A model generated the notes under the pieces. It was not told the DNA's origin. It did not search any database and was given only the letters and a program-made list of their open reading frames with translations. DNA of 64,000 nt from assembly GCA_945861645.1 (NCBI GenBank), contig CAMAVZ010000005.1, positions 1 through 64,000 on the forward strand. Direction: 5' to 3'. Positions 10,287 to 18,828 of this stretch are shown piece after piece. Position numbers and translations under genes: made by a program. Every line of letters starts with the position of its first letter. The first letter of the stretch is position 1. Origin of the DNA: Opitutus sp. GAS368 (GTDB lineage: Bacteria; Verrucomicrobiota; Verrucomicrobiia; Opitutales; Opitutaceae).

Positions 10287-11560
10287 GCTGAGACTGGACG
10301 CATGGTCGCCCGTTGACCCCGGCCGATTGGCAGTACGACGAGCGCCGCGATCACACACAGCGCCCCCGCGCTGAAGAAAGCGAGCGTGTAAGTCCCCGTC
10401 ACGGTGCGCAGCACCCCGGCCGCATAAGATGCACACGCCGCTCCCACTTGGTGGGCTGCTACCACCCAACCAAAAACGATGCTGGCCTTCTCGCGGCCAA
10501 AAACCTCGCCGGTCAGCTTCACGGTTGGCGGCACTGTCGCGATCCAGTCCAGCCCATAGAATACGGCAAACGCGCCCAACCCAGCCACCGGACCGAGCAG
10601 CGCCATAGGCAAAAATAAGAGCGAGATGCCGCGCAACCCGTAGTAAATGAATAAGAGGTAGCGGCAGTTGTAACGATCGCTTAACCAGCCCGAGGCCATT
10701 GTCCCACCAAGATCAAATAGACCCATCATCGCCAACAGCCCCGCCGCGCGCACCGCCGGAATCCCACAATCAAAAGCCGCCGAAATAAGATGCGTCCCAA
10801 TCAAACCATTAGTGCTCGCTCCGCAGACAAAAAAGGAACCGGCCAATAGCCAAAAATCACGCCGCCGCATCGCTTCCAGCAAAGCATCAATTGCCCGCTT
10901 CCCGGGATTCCCCATCACGGGAGTCGCCAACTCCACCGCACCAGTCTCACCATAAGGCCGCAAACCAACATCCCGCGGATCATTGCGCATCAACCACCAA
11001 ATAAGGGGGATCACCAGCAAAGCCGCGGCGGCTACGAGCAGAGGAGCCCCGCGCCAGTCATCCGCCGTTACCACGGCGGCAAGGCTGGGGAGAAAAATTA
11101 GCTGCCCGGTGGCGGTACTAGCCGTCAGCAAACCCATCACGAGTCCGCGCCGGTGAGTGAACCAGCGATTAGCAACCGCCGCCCCGAGAACGGTGGCTGC
11201 CATTCCAGAGCCAATGCCGACAACCACGCCCCACAGCACCACAAACTGCCAGTAACTGGTGGCCTGCGTCGAAAGACCGTACCCCACCGCCAGCAAAGCC
11301 ATCGCGGTCATCATCGTGCGCCGGAGTCCAAAGCGCTGATAAAGCGCCGCGGCAAACGGACCCATCAAGCCATAAAGAAAGATATTGATCGAAACAATCG
11401 ACGACACCGTGGCGCGGCTCCATTGAAATTCATTAGCCAATGGCAGCAAAAGAACTCCCGGCGCGGCCCGCGCTCCCGCCGCCGCCAACAACGTACAGAA
11501 GGTTACGCCGGCGGTGATCCAAGCATAATGAAATTTTTTACTGGGAGCGACAACCGTCAT
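10283..11560 (-). CDS. MFS transporter
   Basis: About 12 hydrophobic helices; RWFTHRRGLVMG and GWLSDRY loop motifs; ATG at 11560 preferred over the track start at 11599. Confidence 0.9.
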   Translation of the reverse strand: MTVVAPSKKFHYAWITAGVTFCTLLAAAGARAAPGVLLLPLANEFQWSRATVSSIVSINIFLYGLMGPFAAALYQRFGLRRTMMTAMALLAVGYGLSTQATSYWQFVVLWGVVVGIGSGMAATVLGAAVANRWFTHRRGLVMGLLTASTATGQLIFLPSLAAVVTADDWRGAPLLVAAAALLVIPLIWWLMRNDPRDVGLRPYGETGAVELATPVMGNPGKRAIDALLEAMRRRDFWLLAGSFFVCGASTNGLIGTHLISAAFDCGIPAVRAAGLLAMMGLFDLGGTMASGWLSDRYNCRYLLFIYYGLRGISLLFLPMALLGPVAGLGAFAVFYGLDWIATVPPTVKLTGEVFGREKASIVFGWVVAAHQVGAACASYAAGVLRTVTGTYTLAFFSAGALCVIAALVVLPIGRGQRATMRPVSA

Positions 11561-11635
11561 AGACAATTCCCACCGTTGAAGCGCGAGCGAAAGTGTCAAA
11601 TTACAACCATGCTTTGCATTTGCTGAAACCTCACA

Positions 11636-13000
11636 ATGGCCTACACTTACAACCCTATGCTTAATCGCCCCCTGTTATGCCTCGCGGCACTGCTCGGATT
11701 AACCGCTAGAGTTAACGCCCAAGAGAAACCGCAGGTCTTTACCGGCGCCCAAATTATTCCGATCAGCGGGGCGCCCATCGCCCACGGCGTGCTCGTCGTC
11801 GCGGGCGGCAAGATTGTCGCCGTCGGCGCGGCCGACAAAATTACGATTCCCGCGGGCGCCGAAATCCACGATGTCACCGGTAAGGTGCTCATGCCGGGAC
11901 TCGTCGATTCCCATAGCCACATTGGCTCCGGCAGCGGCGGCGATGGCTCCGGCCCGATCCAACCGGAAACGCGCGTCCTCGACTCGCTCGATGCGCGCGA
12001 TGCCTCGATTCAAAAAGCCCGAGCCGGCGGTATCACCACCGTTAACGTGATGCCGGGCTCCGGCCACCTGATCAGCGGGCAAACGCTTTATCTGAAACTA
12101 CGCGAAGCCCGCACCGTTGATGATTTATTGATCAAGCTGCCAGATGGCACCAACGCGGGCGGCCTCAAAATGGCCAATGGCACCAATTCCATGCGCGGGG
12201 CCAATGGCTTTCCCGGAACGCGCGCCAAATCGGCCGCTTTGGTCCGCGCAGAATATATTAAAGCGCAAGAATATCGGGACAAAATTAAACGCGCCAATGG
12301 CGACACCGAAAAACTTCCCCCGCGCGACCTCGCGCTCGAGAAAATGAGTGAAGTCCTCGCCGGTCAGCGCATCGTCCAAAATCACACGCACCGCCACGAC
12401 GATATTCTTACGGTGCTGCGCCTCGCCCAAGAATTTGGTTTCAAGGTTGTTCTCCACCACGTCAGCGAAGCCTGGAGGGTTGCCCCCGAAATTGCCGCGG
12501 CCCGCGCGCCTTGCTCTGTGATCATGATTGATTCACCCGGTGGTAAATTAGAAACCAAAGATGCCGACTGGCGCACGCCAGCTATCTTAGAAAAAGCTGG
12601 CGTGCTCGTGGGTTTTCATACCGACGACCCCATTTGCGATTCGCGGCGCTTCCTGCGCTCAGCCGCGTTGGCCGTTCGGGCGGGCATGACGCGCCAAGGG
12701 GCCCTCGCCGCAGTCACGATCGCCAACGCTAAAATTCTCGGCCTCGACGCCCGCGTCGGCTCACTGGAACCCGGCAAAGATGCTGACTTCATTGTACTCT
12801 CCGCTGATCCGTTGAGTGTCTATGCGCACATCGAACAAACCTGGGTTGAAGGAACCAAAGTTTTCGATCTCTCCCGCCCGGCCGATCATCTTTATGCCGT
12901 CGGTGGGGCGGGCGCCGGTGATTCCCGCCGCGCCCAGCTCTGTTGTTTCACCAGCGCATGGGACTTAATCGCCAACGCCAATAATGGAGGTGAACAATGA
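11636..13000 (+). CDS. Secreted amidohydrolase-superfamily protein (metal ligands intact)
   Basis: Signal peptide; PGLVDSHSH, HTHR, LHHVSE, FHTDDP, GSLEPGKDADF; true start may be 11657. Confidence 0.88.
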   Translation: MAYTYNPMLNRPLLCLAALLGLTARVNAQEKPQVFTGAQIIPISGAPIAHGVLVVAGGKIVAVGAADKITIPAGAEIHDVTGKVLMPGLVDSHSHIGSGSGGDGSGPIQPETRVLDSLDARDASIQKARAGGITTVNVMPGSGHLISGQTLYLKLREARTVDDLLIKLPDGTNAGGLKMANGTNSMRGANGFPGTRAKSAALVRAEYIKAQEYRDKIKRANGDTEKLPPRDLALEKMSEVLAGQRIVQNHTHRHDDILTVLRLAQEFGFKVVLHHVSEAWRVAPEIAAARAPCSVIMIDSPGGKLETKDADWRTPAILEKAGVLVGFHTDDPICDSRRFLRSAALAVRAGMTRQGALAAVTIANAKILGLDARVGSLEPGKDADFIVLSADPLSVYAHIEQTWVEGTKVFDLSRPADHLYAVGGAGAGDSRRAQLCCFTSAWDLIANANNGGEQ

Positions 13001-14235
13001 AAACAATTACTCGCTTTAGCTTACTGGTCACTTGGCTCATCGCCCTGGGCGGCGCGCACGCCGAAAATATCGCGGTCATGGGTGCAACTATCTACACGAT
13101 GGCCGGTGCACCGCTAAAAGACGGCGTTATTCTCATGCGTGATGGTAAAATCACCGCGCTGGGCCCCAAGGTTTCCGTAAAAATTCCCGAGGGCTACCGC
13201 ATCCTTCAAGCCGCCGTCGTTACGCCTGGATTGATTGATGCCCATGCTACCGTCGGCCTCTCGGGCTTGCTCAACCAAGCTCAGGATCAAGACATGTTAG
13301 AAAAATCTTCCGCCGTGCAACCTGAACTCCGCGCCCTAGATGCCTACAACGCCAAAGATCCTCTCGTCAGCTGGGTGCGCTCTTACGGTGTCACCACCGT
13401 CAATACCGGTCATGCCCCCGCCGCGCTGATCTCGGGGCAAACGATGATTGTGAAAACATTTGGCCGGACTGCTGATGAGGATGTGATTAATCCTGCCGCG
13501 ATGACCGCCGTCACGCTGGGTCGCAACGGTCTGACTAACGCCGAAGGTGGGCCCGCGGCGAGCAAATCACCAGGCAACCGCGCCAAAGCGGTCGCGATGT
13601 TGCGCGCTGAACTGATCAAAGCTCAAGAGTACGCCAAGAAGCGCGAGGCTAAAGACGAGAGCAAGCGACCGGGCCGGGATTTAAAAACCGAAACCCTCCT
13701 TCGCGCTCTGGCTGGGGTTCAGCCCCTGTTAATTACGGCTAATCGTCAGCAGGATATTATCTCCGCCCTCCGCCTCGCCCAAGAATTTAATCTCAAAATT
13801 ATTCTCGATGGCTGTGCCGATGCGCCGATGGTTTTGGCCCAAATTAAAGCCAGTGGGTTTCCCGTCATTGTGCACCCCACGATGCAACGCAGCTATGAAG
13901 ACATGGAAAATCTCAGCGTAGAAACGGCCGGAAAACTTCAGGCGGCCGGTATCCCCATTGCCTTACAAAGCAGTTACGAATCCTATGTGCCCAAGACCCG
14001 CGTGGTGCTTTTCGAAGCAGCGGTGGCGGCCGCCCATGGCCTCGGCTTTGAAGCCGCCCTCGCCAGCATTACCAGTGGCGCGGCCGAATTACTCGGCATC
14101 GCCGATCGCACCGGTTCCCTCGTCGTGGGTAAAGATGCCGATCTGGCCCTCTATGATGGCGACCCTTTTGAATACACGAGCCACTGCACTGGCACGATTG
14201 TGGGTGGGATCGTCTTCGCCGACGGTGCGCACTAA
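12997..14235 (+). CDS. Secreted amidohydrolase-superfamily protein (degenerate metal site)
   Basis: Signal peptide; PGLIDAHAT, GSLVVGKDADL; ATGA overlap with the upstream paralog. Confidence 0.85.
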   Translation: MKTITRFSLLVTWLIALGGAHAENIAVMGATIYTMAGAPLKDGVILMRDGKITALGPKVSVKIPEGYRILQAAVVTPGLIDAHATVGLSGLLNQAQDQDMLEKSSAVQPELRALDAYNAKDPLVSWVRSYGVTTVNTGHAPAALISGQTMIVKTFGRTADEDVINPAAMTAVTLGRNGLTNAEGGPAASKSPGNRAKAVAMLRAELIKAQEYAKKREAKDESKRPGRDLKTETLLRALAGVQPLLITANRQQDIISALRLAQEFNLKIILDGCADAPMVLAQIKASGFPVIVHPTMQRSYEDMENLSVETAGKLQAAGIPIALQSSYESYVPKTRVVLFEAAVAAAHGLGFEAALASITSGAAELLGIADRTGSLVVGKDADLALYDGDPFEYTSHCTGTIVGGIVFADGAH

Positions 14236-14306
14236 ATCTAGCGCTGAAGATTTGTTTATTCGGCCAAAAGCTTTGCGTTCAACTCGAACAAAATAATTTT
14301 AATTTC

Positions 14307-15302
14307 ATGCAAGCCGCCGTCCTCACCGAGATTAAAAAGCCTTTAGCGGTGCAAGCGGAGCCCAATCCGCTGGCCGCGCTGGGTGAGGCCGTCGTGCAAC
14401 TGAAAGCGGCGGCGCTTAATCACCGCGATCTCTGGATTCAACTAGGCCAATATGCCGGAATCAAAACTCCGATCATTCTTGGTTCAGATGGCGCGGGCAC
14501 CGTCCTGGCGGTTGGTTCGCCCAAAGATACAGCCTGGGTGGGGCGCGAAGTCATTATTAACCCAGCCCTCGACTGGGGGGTTAATCCCCGCGCCCAAGGA
14601 TCGCAATTCCGCATTCTCGGTTTACCCGACGCGGGCACCTTTGCCGAGCAATGCGTCGTCCCCGTTGCTAACTTGGCACTTAAGCCCAGTCACCTGTCAT
14701 GGGAGCAAGCCGCTGCTTTGCCGCTCACCGGACTGACGGCTTGGCGCGCTTTATTTACGCGCGCCCAGCTTCAACCGGGCGAGCGGGTGCTCATCACGGG
14801 GATTGGCGGGGGCGCCGCGCTCAGCGCTTTGCAATTGGCGGTGGCCGCGGGCGCGCAAGTCTGGGTTACCTCTAGTTCACCTGAGAAAATCGCGCGCGCC
14901 ATCACCCTCGGGGCTTTAGGCGGGGTAAATTATCGTGAGATTAATTGGGCGGAGGCATTGCAGCAACCAGCCGGGCGATTTGATGTGATCGTGGATAGCG
15001 CCGGCGGCGAGGGCTTGGCCCAACTGATCGATCTCACCACGCCGGGCGGACGCATCGTATTCTTCGGAGCCACGCGGGGTAACCCCACAAGCCTCGATCT
15101 CCGAAAATGTTTTTTCCGGCAGATCAATATGCTGGGCACTACGATGGGCTCGCCGGAAGATTTCGCGAACCTCATGACCTTTGTCGCTGCCCATAAAATT
15201 ACGCCCGTGGTGGATAAAGTGTTTCCCCTGGCTGAAGCCGATGCGGCCTTGCGCCGTATGGCGGCCGGCGAGCAGTGCGGGAAAATTGTGTTGGCGATCT
15301 AG
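14307..15302 (+). CDS. MDR-family NAD(P)H quinone oxidoreductase-like protein
   Basis: AALNHRD, GSDGAG, AAALPLTGLTAWRAL, GIGGG, GKIVL. Confidence 0.88.
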   Translation: MQAAVLTEIKKPLAVQAEPNPLAALGEAVVQLKAAALNHRDLWIQLGQYAGIKTPIILGSDGAGTVLAVGSPKDTAWVGREVIINPALDWGVNPRAQGSQFRILGLPDAGTFAEQCVVPVANLALKPSHLSWEQAAALPLTGLTAWRALFTRAQLQPGERVLITGIGGGAALSALQLAVAAGAQVWVTSSSPEKIARAITLGALGGVNYREINWAEALQQPAGRFDVIVDSAGGEGLAQLIDLTTPGGRIVFFGATRGNPTSLDLRKCFFRQINMLGTTMGSPEDFANLMTFVAAHKITPVVDKVFPLAEADAALRRMAAGEQCGKIVLAI

Positions 15303-15322
15303 CCTTGCCCTCAGCCTGACGG

Positions 15323-15967
15323 CTAAGCGCGAATCCACTGCACCAACTCCTGCAGTAACGCCGTCGCGGCCTCCCCGAGAAAAATAAAATAAAGCACGCC
15401 CAGCGCAAAGATGAGATAACCCGCGAGAATAAAGAGGCCATCGCGCTCCAGCAATCCGGCTGCGACCAATAAAATAGCCCAAGCCGGGAAGGAATTCGTA
15501 AAAGGAATCGGGATCGGCAACACCAACACCAGCGCCGCGGTCAGCATTAATACCGCGTGCAGTTGCACTAACCCGGGCGTGTCGGTTAAAAAAGTGAGAC
15601 GGGGCCGGATTAGTTTTTCAATGATCCGAATCGTTTTCTCGGCGACCGTGAAGAGCTTTCCAAAAAAACCGGGCGGTAATACCTTGCGCTGAAGTTTCAT
15701 CGGGAGCCAAGGGCGCTGACCCAACGTCAACCGGAGCGCGATCAGCGCGATCGCTAATCCAAAGGGGGTGGATAAACCCGGCAACGGAATGGGCGTAATA
15801 AAAGGGAGGGCCAACAATAGCACCAGCAGCGTGTAGGCCCGCCCGCCAAGCGTATAGATAACCTCCCGCAGCGTTAGTGCACCTAGGGCGGAGCGATGGC
15901 GCAAATCAGCCAACTCCTCCGATAACTTGCGGGGTGGATTTGCGTTAAATTTTGAATTTTTTTTCAT
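15323..15967 (-). CDS. exoD: ExoD-family exopolysaccharide biosynthesis membrane protein
   Basis: LALPFITPIPLPGLSTPFG, PWLP, LPIPIPFTNSFPA, GLLERDG. Confidence 0.85.
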   Translation of the reverse strand: MKKNSKFNANPPRKLSEELADLRHRSALGALTLREVIYTLGGRAYTLLVLLLALPFITPIPLPGLSTPFGLAIALIALRLTLGQRPWLPMKLQRKVLPPGFFGKLFTVAEKTIRIIEKLIRPRLTFLTDTPGLVQLHAVLMLTAALVLVLPIPIPFTNSFPAWAILLVAAGLLERDGLFILAGYLIFALGVLYFIFLGEAATALLQELVQWIRA

Positions 15968-16656
15968 GTGCCGCGTTTATTGCCGTATAGTTCCACGTGC
16001 AGGCGCGGGGCGTAACGATAGCCACGCGTCTTGCATAATTCAGCCAACCAAACCGCACGGGCCCGCAAGACCTCGACCGTGGTTCCCTCCGGCATCAGCA
16101 ATACCTTGGCCCGAGGAATATCCTGCCTGAGCGAGGCGAGCAGCATTTCGATTTCTAAAATGTCTGCTTCTTGCGTGACGACAAACTTGAGTTGGTAGCC
16201 ACCGCGATCGAGCCAAGCCCGCACCACCTCCGGCTGCCAACGCAGCGTCTCGTGCTTGATGCGCCAGGTGTCATCGAGCCGCTCATCCGGGGAGGAATTT
16301 TTTAGCTTCGGACTCAGCGAGGCGAGATCGCACGCAATGCCGGCCGGCACGATGGTCGCAGCGGTCTCAATCGTGAGGTGGTAATCTAATTTTTTTAACG
16401 CGATCGCGAGTGCATGAATGTCTGGCGCAATCATTGGCTCGCCTCCGGTTAGCACGACATGCCGTGCGGGATGACAGCGGATGGCCGCCACGATCTCGCC
16501 TACCGTCATCTGCTTTCCTTCCGGCTGCCAAGAGGCATAAGGCGTATCGCACCAATTACAGCGAAGATTGCATCCACTCGTACGGATAAACACTGAGGGC
16601 ACGCCGGTTAACTCGCCTTCGCCTTGGAGCGAATAAAATATTTCAGAAATCAACAT
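15964..16656 (-). CDS. queE: 7-carboxy-7-deazaguanine synthase (radical SAM)
   Basis: EIFYSLQGEG, FIRTSGCNLRCNWCDT, LTGGEP, SLSPK, PRLH; ATG at 16656. Confidence 0.93.
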   Translation of the reverse strand: MLISEIFYSLQGEGELTGVPSVFIRTSGCNLRCNWCDTPYASWQPEGKQMTVGEIVAAIRCHPARHVVLTGGEPMIAPDIHALAIALKKLDYHLTIETAATIVPAGIACDLASLSPKLKNSSPDERLDDTWRIKHETLRWQPEVVRAWLDRGGYQLKFVVTQEADILEIEMLLASLRQDIPRAKVLLMPEGTTVEVLRARAVWLAELCKTRGYRYAPRLHVELYGNKRGT

Positions 16657-16717
16657 TGAGGGAGGTTTAAACGAGTGAGTAACCGCGAGGCTAAGCAAAA
16701 ATAATTTCTGCGCGCAT

Positions 16718-17407
16718 TTAATGCTTGGCTGGGTTGACCGGCAAGGGCGGCTGCGACTCGTAGACGGTCGGATCAACCAATCCTGCTTGCAGGAAGGCCT
16801 CGCGGCGTTCGACACACGTGCCGCACTTGCCGCAGTGGATCAGACCACCTTTGTAACATGACCAAGTTTGCGCAAAATTTACCCCTAGCTTCCCGCCCTC
16901 GGCGGCAATCTGGCCTTTCGTCTTGGTAATAAACGGCCGGAGTAACTGAAGGCCCGCATCAGTCCCGAGCCGCAAGGCGTTGCCCATCGCCGTCATAAAA
17001 TCTTCCCGACAATCGGGGTAAATCGTGTGGTCGCCGGCATGAGCCGCAATGACGAGCGCCTCTGCTCCCGCGCTTTCCGCAAAGCCCGCGGCCGCGGCCA
17101 GCATGATGCCATTGCGAAAGGGCACGACCGTCAGCTTCATATTCTCGGCGGCGTAGTGCCCCTCTGGAATAGCCCCGCCCGACTTAAGCAAGTCCGAGGC
17201 GAAAAGCTGGCCAACGAAATCTAAAGGGATGGTCCGGTGGGTCACTCCCAGCTTGGCCGCATGCTCCGCGGCCCAGGGAATCTCGCGGTGATTATGTTTA
17301 GCCCCGTAATCGAAACTAAGGGCAGCGGTCACCGTATGGTGGGCCCGCGCCCAATAGAGCGCCGTCACCGAATCCATACCACCGGAGCAAAGCACGACGA
17401 CTTTCAT
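16718..17407 (-). CDS. queC: 7-cyano-7-deazaguanine synthase
   Basis: SGGMDS PP-loop, VPFRN, YPDCR, TWSCY...HCGKCGTC Zn motif; ATG at 17407. Confidence 0.95.
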   Translation of the reverse strand: MKVVVLCSGGMDSVTALYWARAHHTVTAALSFDYGAKHNHREIPWAAEHAAKLGVTHRTIPLDFVGQLFASDLLKSGGAIPEGHYAAENMKLTVVPFRNGIMLAAAAGFAESAGAEALVIAAHAGDHTIYPDCREDFMTAMGNALRLGTDAGLQLLRPFITKTKGQIAAEGGKLGVNFAQTWSCYKGGLIHCGKCGTCVERREAFLQAGLVDPTVYESQPPLPVNPAKH

Positions 17408-17460
17408 GACTGATGAATTGGCCACAAAAAGCGCAAAAGGCACAGCAGTAAATAATCCCC

Positions 17461-17702
17461 GAGGGAGCAGGCATATTTTAGGGTAAGCTTGAGCAACCCC
17501 AGCAGGTGGAGTAGGGGACTTAGAGCCCTGCGACCAATAATCCCGTCTTGCCGCTAAGCCCCGTTTAGGTTTTTTCTTGGCCTCCCTTCGGTCCGTAGGC
17601 GGACCTCTTCTATGAATATCATGGCAACATTTGTCGGGCTGTACCAACGGAGTACTCCTCTCGTTAAGGCTGGCCTCGAGGCGGAACCATTAAGCTCCTC
17701 CC
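17461..17702 (+). ncRNA. Long rod-like structured RNA, candidate 6S RNA (strand not certain)
   Basis: Nested helices GGGAG/CTCCC, CTTGAG/CTCGAG, CCAGC/GCTGG, GGAGTA/TACTCC, AGCCC/GGGCT, GAC/GTC around a central bubble; fills the queC-rnd intergenic gap. Confidence 0.5.
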
Positions 17703-17706
17703 GCCT

Positions 17707-18819
17707 TTGAGTCCGACCCTGCACTACCGGTTTATAGATCAGCCGACCCAGTTGCCGCCGCTCTACGCGGCGCTCGATCGCTGCACAGAAATCGCGCTCG
17801 ATACGGAGGCAGATAATCTCTTCCGCTACCGGACGCGCGTTTGCTTACTGCAAATCCTAGCGGCCGACGAAATTTACTTGGTCGATCTCCTCGCCGACCT
17901 GCCACTCGACGGGCTCTGGCCGCGACTGGCGGCCAAGCCCTTGATCATGCATGGCAGCGATTATGATCTCCGCTTGCTGTGGGAGTTCTGCCGCTTTCAA
18001 CCGCTCAGCTTATTTGATACGATGTTTGCCGCTCAGCTACTGAGTATTCCCCGCTTCGGTCTCGCCGCGTTATTAGAACAAAATTTTGGGGCGCACGTGG
18101 ATAAAGATCACCAAAAAGCTAATTGGTCGCAGCGCCCGCTGGACCGCGACATGCTGGATTATGCCGCCACTGATGTTTATTACCTGCCCGAATTGCGTGA
18201 TCGCTTAAAGGCTGAACTCACTCGCCTTGGTCGCGTCGACTGGATGGAGCAGAAATGTCGCTGGCAAATCGAAGTGGGGCGCGCCGGTTTCGCCGCGCCC
18301 GATGAAAATGCCTGGCGCATTAACGGCTCAGAAAAATTACGTGGGCGCGGCCTAGCGGTCTTGCAAGCCCTGTGGTTCTGGCGCGAAAGCTGGGCTGAAG
18401 CAATTAACACGCCGCCCTTTAAAGTCGTCGGGAACGAGATGCTCGGACGCCTAGCCGGCGCGGCCGAAGATGAATATCCCATCGAGGAGGTCTTGCGAGT
18501 TCATCTGGGCCGCCGTCACGACCGTCTCTACCCCAGTCTCGTGGAAGCGGTCCAGCAAGGCTACGCCACCGATCCACAAACCCTGCCGCGCCGCGAACGG
18601 CGCCGAGAATTTTCGCCGATGTCGCCCGCCGAACTCGCCCGACAAGATCGAATTAAAGCCGACCGAGATCGCTTGGCCCAAGGCTTACAGCTTGATCCCA
18701 CCCTCATCGCCACTCGCTCGCAACTCGTCTTGCTTGCCCGAGATCCCCAATGCATCGATACGGTGCTGCTCCCTTGGCAGGCGCAATTGCTCAAGGCTGA
18801 ACCAGCTTGGAAAAGCTAG
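17707..18819 (+). CDS. rnd: Ribonuclease D (DEDDy exonuclease plus HRDC domain)
   Basis: ALDTE, HGSDYD, FDT, NWSQRPL...YAATD, then HRDC-like WRE..A...NTPPFKV. Confidence 0.88.
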   Translation: MSPTLHYRFIDQPTQLPPLYAALDRCTEIALDTEADNLFRYRTRVCLLQILAADEIYLVDLLADLPLDGLWPRLAAKPLIMHGSDYDLRLLWEFCRFQPLSLFDTMFAAQLLSIPRFGLAALLEQNFGAHVDKDHQKANWSQRPLDRDMLDYAATDVYYLPELRDRLKAELTRLGRVDWMEQKCRWQIEVGRAGFAAPDENAWRINGSEKLRGRGLAVLQALWFWRESWAEAINTPPFKVVGNEMLGRLAGAAEDEYPIEEVLRVHLGRRHDRLYPSLVEAVQQGYATDPQTLPRRERRREFSPMSPAELARQDRIKADRDRLAQGLQLDPTLIATRSQLVLLARDPQCIDTVLLPWQAQLLKAEPAWKS

Positions 18820-18828
18820 CCCCGCACC

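Noticed and set aside
15990-15999. parS-like GTTCCACGTG (also TGTTTCACG at 61804-61812)
   Set aside because: They are half-sites only, inside coding sequence, and the second arm does not match.
17408-17647. 79-codon N-terminal extension of QueC in the ORF track
   Set aside because: QueC homology starts at MKVVVLCSGG (17407). The extension is not protein-like and coincides with the structured RNA.
17408-17702. Known preQ1-I riboswitch, SRP RNA, tmRNA or RNase P RNA
   Set aside because: I could not find their hallmark motifs on either strand: the short hairpin plus A-rich tail, the SRP helix-8 CAGG...GGAA...AGCAG, tRNA-like ends, or GAGGAAAGTCC.
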